64,000 nucleotides of DNA from contig NC_042998.1 of assembly GCF_006345805.1 (NCBI RefSeq), forward strand, positions 31,682,001 through 31,746,000, given 5' to 3'. The translations under genes and the position numbers were made by a program. The DNA is from Octopus sinensis (taxonomy: Eukaryota). Positions 1-12,992 of this stretch are shown here, piece after piece (position 1 is the stretch's first letter; every line of letters starts with the position of its first letter). The notes under the pieces were generated by a model. It saw only the letters and a list, made by a program, of their open reading frames with translations. It did no database searches and was not told the DNA's origin.

Positions 1-126
1 ATCAACCCCGAAAGGATGAAAGGCAAAGTCGACCTCGGCAGAATTTGAACTCAGAACGTAAAGACGGACGAAATACTGCTAAGCATTTCACCCGGCGTGC
101 TAACGTTTCTGCCAGCTAGCCGCCTT
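1..126 (-). mobile_element. tRNA-headed SINE family A (CORE-like body), truncated by window edge
   Basis: Reverse complement of AGGCGG..CTGGCAGAAACGTTAGCACGCC...GAGTTCAAATT..GCCGAGGTCGACTTTGCCTTTCATCCTTTCGGGG, which recurs at 1128, 13362, 25920, 42075, 48120 and 51019. Confidence 0.85.
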
Positions 127-385
127 ATCTTCATGTAGTATTATCTGCTTAATAACCTTCTAGCGTACTTTCCAAAGCTTCTCTCCGGGTATCGGCTACC
201 AGATACTATCATACAGTAGGACTTCTCTTTTTACTGGATTCTCATATAGGAATCTGTGAGTGTACGTAGATTTTGTACAAAAGAACTTTAGGAAGAGAGG
301 ATAGAATGAACAGGCTGATATCCCGAAATAATTGTAGTGATGTGTAATAAAAGCTGTTTATTCCATCTTCACGTGCAAAAATGCT

Positions 386-514
<129 letters not shown>

Positions 515-1127
515 ATGTCTATAATCGCGAACACGCATATTATAAGTACATACGTATGCAAGAAAATAGAGACACATATATAGAAGAACGCGCAGAATGT
601 TTCAAGGAGAATTCCCATCAATACTTACGCCTTCTACAAACGTAAAAGGCCTAATATAATCGTGTTGAATCATCGGAGGTAGATGTCCTGCGGTTTGTGA
701 ACATCACTTCAAAAATCAGCGAAAAGGATAACATCTACGAATTACTGCTTTGAATATTGCATCGTATTACACTTTATATCTTTAATACAAATTCACATAT
801 GACATATTTTCGCTCGTGGATATGTAAGTGAACGTTAGTGATAATCTGTAAAAGCAAATGATTTTCGGCAGCAGAAATTGTCCATGTGACATGCACTTTA
901 GAGAAAGGCAAAAATATACAATATTTTACTCTAAACATCTTAAGGCAGCATTTAGCGTTTTTTGTTACTAATATTCTATGGATGAAGCTTTCTTTCTTTG
1001 TTACGGACCTACTGCTTTCTTGAGTTAGTTGAAAAAAATAAACAAAAAACCTCTGGAGTTGAATTTGTTTTCTGGGGTTTTCGAGAAAGGATGGTTTGGA
1101 AGTGGTTGAGTTGTCCTTTGGTATTTG

Positions 1128-1350
1128 AACAGGCAGAAACGTTAGCACGTCGGGCGAAATGCGTAGCGATATTTCGTCTGCCGTTATGTTTTGAGTTCAA
1201 ATTCCGCCAAGGTCGACTTTGCCTTTCATCCTTTCGGGGTCGATTAAAAAAGTACCTGTTACGCACTGGGGTCGATATAATCGACTTAATCCGTTTGTCT
1301 GTCCTTGTTTTTCCTCTCTGTGTTCAGCCCCTTGTGGGTAGTAAAGAAAT
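1128..1350 (+). mobile_element. SINE family A with Tx1-like 3' tail
   Basis: B-box-like GAGTTCAAATTCC, CORE-like CTTTCATCCTTTCGGGGTCGAT..AAGTACC, and tail CCTTGT..TCTGTGTTCAGCCCCTTGTGGGTAGTAAAGAAA. Confidence 0.85.
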
Positions 1351-2058
1351 AGGTATTTGGGATCTATATGTGTGTGTATGTATGTCTAAGTGTGTGTATG
1401 CGTGGTGAACTTTTAGCGGTTTGCTTAGAGAGAAATGGAAAAGAAAGAAAAAAGAACGAAAGAAAAAAAGGAAGAAAGAGAGGAAGTAGGATAGGGTTTT
1501 TTTCTAAAACGGTTGAAAGTGATGACAGGTGAAAAAGGTCAACATTTTTTTATGAATTGAAACAAATTTCTTTTAGTCATTGTGTGACTGATAGTATTTT
1601 CGATCGAGTTTCATGTTACCCAACCGCAGATAATAAGATCTGTCAAACTGTTTTGGAAGGTTTTTTGTAATGCGTGTGTATGTGTGTGTGCGTGTGTGTG
1701 TGTTTGTATTTGTGTCTGTGAATGTGGTGAATGTGTGTGCGTGTTTGGAAGAATATGTGACTCGTGTGTGTTGGTCGCTTAAGTGAATTTTTATCCAAAT
1801 CCTGATAACCTCCTTTTTCTTAATATATACAGAATCTGTACACCACATCGCACAATATATGCAGTTATAAATACATAAATACATACATACATACATACAT
1901 ACATACATACATACATACATACACACACACAACAGGCACGCACACACACAAGCACTCATGCATAAAAACATACATGCATGCGTATGTGATTATATTTTCA
2001 TATAAGTTTGTTGTGAACTGACGGACAGACAGACAGATAGATAGATAGATAGATAGAT

Positions 2059-2132
<74 letters not shown>

Positions 2133-2994
2133 GGATAGGTAGATGGACAGATAGATAAATAGACAGATAAATAGAGTGATAAAAGAATTTTTGCACGAGA
2201 ACAGTTTTTATTACAAATCACTATTATAAAATATAAATACTTGATATTAAAGAGCTTAGTATATAAAACATTATTAAATTCCTATACATTATCTCAATGC
2301 TGTCACTCCTGTTGGAGTAAAATTGCCTGTGTTTACCGAATCAGCTAAGATGATAATCCAGTGCAACATATTTGGGATAAAATATAAAAAAGGTGAAAGA
2401 ATCGTATAATTCATAACCACCCCGAAGACGGAGACTGGATTTACAGTAATATCTAAGTGCATCCACTACTGGTGCCATATTCTCTACTTTTTTACATTCC
2501 TTCTGCAAACATTACAGATGTAAGTAATTTCTAACCCCCAGAGAGAGCTCTCGTATCTGAAATATCATCCCCTCTGCCCTTAATTTTCTGTATCTTTGGT
2601 ACTCCATGTATATCTGCTCTGTAAATATATGAATATCTCTTTGCTTATATATGGACGTTCATTTCCTGATCAGTTTCACTAGTTTGGTTTCTCTCTGTAA
2701 ATACGTCCCTATATATACTTTTATCTATGCATGTATGTAGATTTTATATATGAAACCCAACCGTGTTTATTTGTTTATTTTCATTATTTTCTCCTCATCA
2801 GCTCAACTGGGTTCCTCTTACACCCACTCTTTACCCCAGAGAATTAAGTCTTCGATAAAAATATCAGTGTTAGTACAATCATCATTTGAACACTGCTCAA
2901 TGTTTTCTATATTGAGCAACTTTGAATCTCATCTGTTGGCTATGTGTGTGTGTGTGTGTGTGTATGTGTGTGTGTGTTTGTGTATAGTTGAAAT

Positions 2995-3160
2995 TTACAG
3001 AAAAACAAAAGAGGAAGACAGGTATATGAACAACAAGCAGGTGTATTAGTTTGACAATCAGGAAAGCAAAAGAGTATTTTACATTTCGAGCCTAAGCTCT
3101 TGAACAGAAAATAAAAAGAGAGATTAAAATAACTGGATTCAGCGGTCAAGCATAGTGACT
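2995..3160 (-). mobile_element. PLE-type terminus (family H4) with decayed hammerhead motif
   Basis: Homologous to 5093-5277, 29765-29940, 35662-35853 and 47729-47935. Minus strand reads CTGTTCA A GAGC TTAG GCTC GAAA TGT (core mutated). Confidence 0.6.
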
Positions 3161-3305
3161 GATATATATATATATATTCAGGAACTGAAACATGTTATAA
3201 TGTATATATAAAAATTAAAAATTGTATAATACAGCAGCATTTTCGAACTTCATTTTTTACAAATATATATATATATAGATATATATATATATATATATAT
3301 ATATA

Positions 3306-3371
<66 letters not shown>

Positions 3372-3405
3372 TGTGTGTGTGTGTATATATATATGTGTGT
3401 ATGTG

Positions 3406-3449
<44 letters not shown>

Positions 3450-3899
3450 GTATGTATATATGTATGTATGTATATATATATATTTATAATATTATATTAT
3501 ATTACATTATTATCATAATTATTAGGGAATATCACTTCCGAGTACACAGGAAAAAGACATTGAAATTAGATGTACTAAAATGAATATCTCTCAATGTTTA
3601 ATTCGTATATATAAAAGTAATTTTAGAGACTGAACCACCTTCAACTCAATCAGCACTGAAAGTGTTTATACCCGACCACTCAATAAAATATAAAAAATTA
3701 AATCTTATGTATTTAAGAATAATAATATAAATAATTGATTTTAAATAGTATAAAAGGTAACTCTTATGCATCCCAAAATATTCGAATTGAGAGTCTAAAG
3801 AAGTAACTTACCAAATTTTTTTTGTGATAATACGTAGATTGAATAAATAAAAAAAAAACGATAAAAGTGGCTTGTTCACGTGATGCATTCATTTCCGGT

Positions 3900-4720
3900 T
3901 CCCCTGACAATACTATATAAAAGAATAGATACAACGGTAGAATTTTCTGACATTTATTTGTGGTCGAGTTGTTGATAACGGAGTGTTTTTGTCGTGAGTG
4001 GGAGCCTTAAGTGTTTGTTTGTTGCTGTTCGAATTGTTGATATTGTGAATTGTTTTATTTTTTCCCCATTGAGGGAAGGATGGAGAGGCCGCCGGCAGGA
4101 GACCGCAGTTGTGCGGCCGCAACTGGAGTGGGAACGGAGGAGGAAACGTTGGAGATAGTTGAAATTGGGGCAGAACTAGGAAAAATGAAGGAGTGTGAGA
4201 GGTCGCTGTAGAGGGAGAGAGATACATTGAAGTTAACGCCACCTGTAGACCTGACAGGAAATGTAGTGAAGCGAACAATTATTTGAACTTTCTCGCATTC
4301 GTTGTTAAACAGATCTGAGGATTTGGGATTTAGAGATTCTATATATGGGATTTGGGTGTGTTTGAGGTGGGGTTGGGGTTTGTTTATTCAGTGTGGGAGT
4401 GAAACACTGTTGATGAATGATAGCTGAAAGAAAGTAGTGAACGATCAAGACAAGATACTTGATTGGGGGTGTAGTTGAGAGGTGGTGGGGTGTTAAAGGA
4501 GTGTTTTATGAAGCCATTTGGTCAAAAATCTAATGGCCGGATGTTTTCCCTAAATTCTTTCATTTAGTTTCCATGTTTGAGGTGTGTGTCTGCGGTGGTG
4601 GTGGTGTTAAGGAGGTGTATGATACATGTCTGACAAAAATGTTTGTTGATAGAAGTATTTTTTTATATATAGATTGGTTTGGGAGGAGAGGTGGAGGAGA
4701 TAATGCTAGCACACATATTT
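3900..4720 (-). mobile_element. GC-richer, strand-skewed segment; possible LINE ORF1/5' relic (unclassified)
   Basis: G-rich plus strand. About 110 stop-free codons on minus (..SDLFNNECEKVQIIVRFTTFPVRSTGGVNF.., then Ser/Pro-rich). No family motif recognised. Confidence 0.3.
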
Positions 4721-4729
4721 ACTTCCGTA

Positions 4730-4770
<41 letters not shown>

Positions 4771-4977
4771 CATATATACACACGCATACATACACACACA
4801 CATATATATATATATACACACACATATATATGTATATATAAACTTATATGTATGCACATACACATTATATACATACTCCCATATACATACACACCTGCAC
4901 ACGCACACTGATACAAACACACACACCTATCTCTCGCTGGATATATGAATATATGTATATGTATATATATATAAATA

Positions 4978-5092
<115 letters not shown>

Positions 5093-5277
5093 GGGGGAGA
5101 ATTCACAAAAAAACAAAAGCCGAAGACAGGTGGTGTAGACAACAATCATGTATTAGTATAACGCTCGAGAAGTGAAAAAGTCTGTAACGTTTCGAGCTTA
5201 CGCTCTTCCACAGAAAGGAGCACAGAAAGAAACAGCGAGAGAAAATAAAGAATGTGTGGTCGCTAGCGATCATGGCA
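5093..5277 (-). mobile_element. PLE-type terminus (family H4) with A6U hammerhead motif at 5181-5218
   Basis: Minus strand CCTTT CTGTGGA A GAGC GTAA GCTC GAA A CG T T ACAGA. 3' end abuts (TA)n. Confidence 0.7.
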
Positions 5278-5440
5278 ACCGTCTAGCTTTTCTATCGGAC
5301 CTTCCTCTGTCTCCTGTTTCTGAAGAAGAGCTTTGCTCGAACCGTAAAACCAGTTTTCTTTCCTTCCTTGAGCGTCCGCTAATACGTTACATATACCACG
5401 TCCTCGCATTGTTTTTCTTTGATGTTCGTTCTTCATTTTT
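5278..5440 (+). mobile_element. Divergent PLE-type terminus (family H5) with CUGAAGA hammerhead motif at 5316-5350
   Basis: GTTT CTGAAGA A GAGC TTT GCTC GAA C CG T A AAAC. Downstream sequence is distantly similar to H4. Ends in (TA)n. Confidence 0.6.
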
Positions 5441-5443
5441 TGG

Positions 5444-5476
<33 letters not shown>

Positions 5477-5477
<1 letters not shown>

Positions 5478-5725
5478 TATTGTTGTATTTAGGAATGGTC
5501 ATTTTGCCAGTTTAGCCAATAAAAACACACGCACTATATATTTGGTGTTACTTTGCTTCAGTGTTATTTAATTTTTACATTAATCTTAATCTTATTTCGG
5601 CCGAAATAAGATTAAGATTAATGTAAAAAAATAAATAACACTGAAGCAAAGTAACACCAAATATATAGTGCGTGTGTTTTTATTGGCTAAACTGGCAAAA
5701 TGACCATTCCTAAATACAACAATAT
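5477..5725. repeat. Spacer-less palindrome, arms about 124 bp
   Basis: Centre TTTCGG|CCGAAA at 5600/5601. Arms differ by one substitution and one indel. Confidence 0.95.
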
Positions 5726-6440
5726 CTGTTTCAACACACGACTTCACATAAAAAAATCTTGCACAACAAATATTTAAACGTACTATACATATATATATAT
5801 AGGTGTGTGTGTGTCTGTGTGTGTGTTTGTTTGTGTATGTGTGTGTGTGTGTGTGTGTATGTGTGTGCGTGTGTGTATTGCTGTATATTGACGTGGGATA
5901 AACGAAAAAGGTACTCCATCGAGTGAGAGATAAATATTATTTAACGTACATAGCATTTGGAATAAGACCTACGTGTCATAGAGACTCTGAGGACTAACTA
6001 TAAACCTTGAGCCTGAAGACTGTTTGGAAACGGAATGTCCGTTATATAATCTGTCTACTTTCAGTGTCTTCAAAGCAAGAAACTATTGGTAGCCCTTATT
6101 TTAAATACTGTGTATATTTAACGATGTATATATATATGAAGTAATTATTAAATATATCAATATCCTTTTATTACTTAATATGTAGCACTCACACAATTGC
6201 TGCATATTATTTTAATTGTATTTAATTATATTCAATTTACTTTAGAGTATTATTCGTTCACATCCAATTGCACCATCGAGATTTATATAACATCCAGTCC
6301 TTGATTTTCAAACATATTTGTAAGGATTGTTGGAATTTTTAGTATTGAAACCTTGAGTTTTATCATGTTTGCTTGAAATGCTCATTCTTGCCTGTGTGGG
6401 TAAGAAAATTATTTCCAGATAATATTTTAGTCAAAATTAG

Positions 6441-7285
6441 GGATCTTTTCCTTTTGAAAGGCACTTTTCAACACAATTTCTATTTAACTAAACACTTTTA
6501 AACTTCGTATACTGGTAGAATGTGTTTATAAAACATCATTTTTTCTTGGCTTTATTGAGAAAATTCTATATGTTGTAACATATTTCGTCTTTAATTTCGA
6601 GCATTTCGGCAATTTTAACCAATCGCTTACGTCCATTTAGGTAAATAACATTCTGTGCATAATGAATATGTCCCTCCTTTAAGAAACATATTGGGTTTAT
6701 TTACATTTGTGAAGAAAAAGATACCCTTCCCCCACCCCTAACCCTAACCCTAACCCTAAATCTAACCCTAACTAACCCTAACTCTCACCCTAAATCTAAA
6801 GTAGATTGAAATGCAATAGATCGATACTAGGGTTATAATTATGGGAGACAATTTCATACGACACTGCTACGGAAAATGGGATTTTTTTCTAGCGGTGTCA
6901 AATGAAAATGTCACCTATAAGTATGGCCCTAGTATCGATCTATTGCACTTCAATCTATTTTAGATTTAGGGTTAGAGTTAGGTTTAGGGGTTGGGGAAGG
7001 GTATCTTTTTTCTTCACAGATGTAAATAAACCCAATGTGTTTCTTAAAGGAGGGACATATTCATTATGCACAGAATCTTATTTACTTAAATGGACGTAAG
7101 CGATTGGTTAAAATTGCCGAAATGTTCGAAATTAAAGACGAAATATCTTACAACCTATAGAATTTTCTCAATAAAGCCAAGAGAAAATGATGTTTTATAA
7201 ACACATTCTACCAGTATACGAATTTTAAAACTTTTTAGTTACCTAGAAATTATGTTACAAAGTGCCGTTCAAAAGGAAAAGATTC
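6441..7285. mobile_element. Foldback/MULE-like non-autonomous DNA transposon with internal telomeric repeats
   Basis: Long imperfect inverted arms (6441-6869 and 6890-7285), termini GGATCTTTTCC/GGAAAAGATTC, 8-bp TSD AAAATTAG at 6433-6440 and 7286-7293, and (CCCTAA)n/(TTAGGG)-like arrays inside the arms. Confidence 0.85.
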
Positions 7286-8668
7286 AAAATTAGTATTAAT
7301 TTGCTGTTTATTATAAATAGTATATGCATAACATTCAAGAAATTGAAAATATAATTATGTCACGTCATAAATTCGAAATACTGTCGTCTATGCACCACAT
7401 ATGATAGCTCTTTCTCTTTTACTTGTTTCAGTCATTTGACTGTGGCCATTCTGGAGCACCGCTCTTGATAATTATATATAAAAAAGAGAAATTAAACCTA
7501 TGATATTATCTATTCTGATTGCTCCTCCTTTCTGATCTTAGTATGATATCCCTAAGTTCTCTAATTTGTTCACGTGATATTAGTCTCTGTGCCTGACAAC
7601 GCGGTCGTATTTCTGTTTAATTGAAATAACAATCAAAGGCCAGAGTCACTGGAATGACTGATGAAGAGGAATAACAAATGTTTAGAATTTAAGTACTGAA
7701 ATCAACACATCTTTGTAATTTCCAAGCGCTTAGGAAAGGTAATAACGCATTACTTTGTAAATATAGACCGATCAAAAGAAAAAGTTAAGTACCTTTCCAA
7801 TTCGTACACTGCAGTGGATTCAATCAATCTAGAACCATCTTTCGGTTCGTCAATAGCCTCACAGATTTTCAGTTCAAGAAATATATTTACCTTTCAAAGT
7901 AGACACATATAAACTTCTAGAAAGCTACAAATAAAGTATGATGAAATTGCCTTTCAAAATTTACGCTCCAAATAAATAATGGCATAAATTGAAGAAAATA
8001 TGGAAATAATTTCAGACATTGGATTAAAGAGGATCTCACATAAAATGCTATGAAATTGCAGATGTTCTACAAGCGGAGGTCATAAAATATTACAATAGTA
8101 TGGCGATCTTAAGGCAATTAATTGCTGAAGAAATCTTTTTGCTAGAACTAGTAAAGTGTGAGTTAAAGTAATGGAGGTAATTATTCGTCTTAAAATGAAT
8201 TGATTTCTAGCTTTGATGTTTCAAAAATATCCGCTAAAGAGAATTAAACCATGTACATACGTGGATACATATACAGAGACTATTACATACATACCTAAAA
8301 TCACGAATGCGGACAAAAATCATATGAAATATGTACGTGTGTTTTATTGTGTAGATGTGTGTATATATAACAAGCACGTACATGCATATATACTATACAT
8401 AAGTGAATATGAATATGGTTTTATTTGCAAACATATATATACACTAAATGACACACACACACACACATATATGGCTGTTGGAATGAGAGAAAAAGTAAGT
8501 CCAAAATGAAAGAAAGAAGAAAAGATAGCCGAAAGTAAAATAGAAAAATACGTTCAGAATGAAAGAAGTGTTACACATGCAGGCTTAATTGCATTACACA
8601 TACGCATAAATTCGGGGCTCATATTATACTCACGTAAATCCCTCTGTTTGTATATTTGTTGCTCACTC

Positions 8669-8703
<35 letters not shown>

Positions 8704-8860
8704 GTCTCTCTCTCTCCTTATATATATATATATATATATATATAGGTGTGTGTGAGTATGTGGGTATACTTATATATATATATATACGTACATATGTATA
8801 TATATGTATATGCATCTATGTATATATAGGTGTTTGTTACTGCGTGTGCATACGTATGTA

Positions 8861-8925
<65 letters not shown>

Positions 8926-8927
8926 AT

Positions 8928-8972
<45 letters not shown>

Positions 8973-10019
8973 TTATATATATATGCATATATATATATGT
9001 GTGTGTGTATGTATATGTATATCCATATGTGTGTTATTCACACAGTAAAATAAAGATTTCCCTGTGAAGTTTAAATACGAAGTAGACAAAGAACATCGTT
9101 AAAAGAAGGAATATTTAGCGAGTGATTTATATTGGTTGATTTATATTGACTAATTAAACCGTCTGGAGAAACTAAATTTTCCAGTTAACACGAATTTTAC
9201 AGAAAGTAAAAGTTGACTCTAGTCTTAGCGAGTCACATATTCATCAATGAATTTCCTGTTGCCTTTCTCAAACTTGGTTTTAAATAATAATAAAAAACGC
9301 ACAAATTTAAACTCATACACGGGTGCTCACACACACACACGCACACACACACAAACACACACACACACACACACACACCGAGTATAGGTAGCGAATTGAC
9401 TGAATGACCTCTGCGTCAGCTAGGGCGCATCGTAGTATTTGTGCCAACTACTGCTTTTTGGGTTCAAATCCAATCGAGGTCATCTTTCTCTTTTATCTTT
9501 CCGGGAGCTGCAGAAGAAATCAGAAACGATGCTTTTAAGATATATGATATTGTTTTTCGCATTTTGAGTTAAAATCACGCCGGGCTAGACTTAATCCGAC
9601 TGCGCTCTTACTAACACACGGTCCAGATCTCTGGTTTCAGGGTACCTACCGTCCAAATCTCACTCGTGTCGGAGGTCCTGTATAGGGTAATGGCACTGAC
9701 CTTTCCCCTGACTAAGAGCCTTTAAGCACAATTTTAATTTTCACTGATAATTACGTAACGTTGTAGAATAAATGGGATCAATTGCAATTCCTTGAAAAGA
9801 GGTGAAAAGAGACGAAATTAATTGGTATATCTGAGTCAGAAAAGCACTTTTCAATTCCTATCAGAGACTATTTATATTTTGGCTACGGAAAACCGATCAT
9901 ACGCATCGGAATATTTATTGGAAATGAAAAATAATGATTTATGTGAATTCCTAATAAATACAAACCATTACATACTTACATATAATATGTATGTAAGTAT
10001 ATATGTATGCACGTATGTA

Positions 10020-10052
<33 letters not shown>

Positions 10053-10172
10053 GTTAACTTATACAAACATGTAAGACTACATAAAATTATGTATGTATTC
10101 TTGAATAATATCGAAATATCGAGTTCGTTTGTCCCGTTTATTCCACCAACGGTATATCTATCTATCTATCTG

Positions 10173-10343
<171 letters not shown>

Positions 10344-11860
10344 ATTGATTTATATACGTACATATGTACATACTTTTATATATATCCTTTGCCTATTTTC
10401 CCAGATCTGAATTGTGCTGCTTTATGTTTCTTTAAAGATATGCAGTACATTATTACATTATTTATTATAGTTCCTATTGATTGTCGCTATATCATTTTAA
10501 TAACATTTAAGCATTGAGTTTAAATTGCTTTGATATATATTAAGTTAACGGAAGAATATTGCAGTCATAATTTTTTTCAAATCTTTTTTTTTATATTCTT
10601 TGTAAGAAAAAAGAGTTGCCAAACAAACAAGGTTATCCATACCGGAGTGTCTTGAACATTTGAATATATTGTTATAAGGAAATATTTCGTTTCGTTTTTC
10701 AGTAGCTTCTTTAGAATATCGAATAAAATTTCTTACATAGTTGTTCCATCTTTTCCCGATACATGTTCAAATCTCTCAAACTGAATATTTGCTTCATTTG
10801 TAAGGTTTCAAATGAGTCACCTATCAGTTTTGTTTTTACTTCCCTCTCACTTTTGAAATCTTCTATGTTGCACTGTGAGAAGTTTTCTGGAAGGCTATTA
10901 CACCTCGCCTTCTCGAGAAATGAAACTGTTTCAAGTGACAAGCAATCAAAATAATTTTTTCTTCATGGTTACTGCTTACTATTATTACTACACTAGACTT
11001 TCTATCATATTGCTATGGTATGTGCAACATTAATTTTTTTTGTGGGGTGCACAAATGTAGAATCTCTTTTGATTTATTATAGAGAGTTGTTTTGTTGTTG
11101 TCGATGTCCAAAAATAGAATTCTTAACTCTCTCCACATAATTACGCTTTTTGAAATGTGTATCTTAATTGGAACCAAAGAGATTTTAACTTTATCAATAC
11201 ATAATAAGAGTACTGTAACTTGGAACAGAAGACAAGAAAAGCACAACAGGAAATAAAATGGAATAACATTCGACGCCAAATTTCGTCTTAGATAACATAT
11301 AAAAAAAAACCCATTGTTCTATTACAGCTGCCTTGAAAGAGATAAAAGGAAATTTAGAGTTGTATGCAAGTAAATTAGTCGAACATGTAATCTAGTGTAC
11401 TAAATCCGAAGCTAAGAGAGGATTAAATATAAGACCGGACAATTGATAGAATTTGAGATTGACGGCGGAAATAACCAGTCAAGAGTAGATTAATCAGGAA
11501 GTTTTGAAATGGGAAAGTCACTCAGAGATTTAGGACCAGTGAAGCTTTCGATAATTCTTTTATTCAGTTTCGGTGATGTTCAATTATATCAGTTGTTACA
11601 AATATTTACGTGTCACTTTCGAAGTGATTGCTACGACAGTGATGAGAATGATGAAGGTGGCCTTGACATTTTACTTGTTTTGGTGTCAGGAGCGATTATG
11701 CTTCATTATCTTTGTAATTATAAGGATCTCTTTGGTGCTTGGACAGATATCTTCCAATATTGATCCAGATGAGCTTATTAGTGTCTGAATATAATATACA
11801 CTAAGAGGCATCTGTATGTATGAATGTATGTCTCTCTCACTGCCTTTCCTTATATGTATG

Positions 11861-11916
<56 letters not shown>

Positions 11917-11925
11917 CATTTACAT

Positions 11926-11958
<33 letters not shown>

Positions 11959-11981
11959 TATATATGTATATATACATTCAC

Positions 11982-12028
<47 letters not shown>

Positions 12029-12046
12029 CATACATACATACATACA

Positions 12047-12077
<31 letters not shown>

Positions 12078-12470
12078 GGATGCGTGGCTGTCTGATACGA
12101 AGTTTGCTTTGCAAGCAAATGCTTCCGGGTTCAGTTCTACTGTGTGGCACCTTCGGCAACCGTCTTCCACTATAGCGGGGTGGATTTGGTATACGGTAAC
12201 TGAAAGAAGCTCGTTTTATATATGTGTATGTGTGTGTGTCTTTGTGTCCGTATTTGTTTGCCCCCACCGCTTACCGGCCAGTGACCAGTGACCAGTGTAG
12301 GTGTGTTTACATCTCCGTAACCTACTGGTTCGACAAAATATTCTGATAGAATGAATACCAGGCTTTTAAAAATATAAGTACTGGGTTCCATTAATTCGAC
12401 TGAAACCATTCAAAACAGCACTTCAGCATGGCTGCAGTCCAATGACTGAAACGAGTTAAGAACGAAAAGT
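12078..12470 (+). mobile_element. tRNA-headed SINE family B (degenerate), CR1-type tail
   Basis: Matches 21480-21905: CCGGGTTCAGTTC..TGGCACCTT..., tail CAGCATGGCTGCAGTCCAATGACTGAAAC. Confidence 0.75.
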
Positions 12471-12494
12471 TATATATGCTCATGTATAGATATT

Positions 12495-12600
<106 letters not shown>

Positions 12601-12617
12601 ATATATATATATATGTA

Positions 12618-12658
<41 letters not shown>

Positions 12659-12770
12659 ATATATATATATATCTATATATATATATATAAATAATAATAT
12701 TAGGGAATATATCCAAATTACAGGGAAAAAAAATCAGATTAGGATTAAATCCAATTTTATAGTAAAATAT

Positions 12771-12941
12771 TATAAAATATTATTTGAGACAAAACCACTA
12801 TTTTGCAAAACAAACAAGGAAAGACTTAATCAATACATAAAATTTAATAAATAGTTATATTTTTTGACTATTTATTAAATTTTATGTATTGATTAAGTCT
12901 TTCCTTGTTTGTTTTGCAAAATAGTGGTTTTGTCTCAAATA

Positions 12942-12951
<10 letters not shown>
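12771..12951. repeat. Perfect 85-bp inverted repeat with 11-nt spacer, between (TA)n tracts
   Basis: 12771-12855 is the exact reverse complement of 12867-12951. Spacer TATATTTTTTG. Confidence 0.95.

Positions 12952-12989
<38 letters not shown>

Positions 12990-12992
<3 letters not shown>

Noticed and set aside
6737-6800. (CCCTAA)n as a chromosome end or fusion scar
   Set aside because: Short, degenerate, and mirrored inside a TSD-flanked foldback element.
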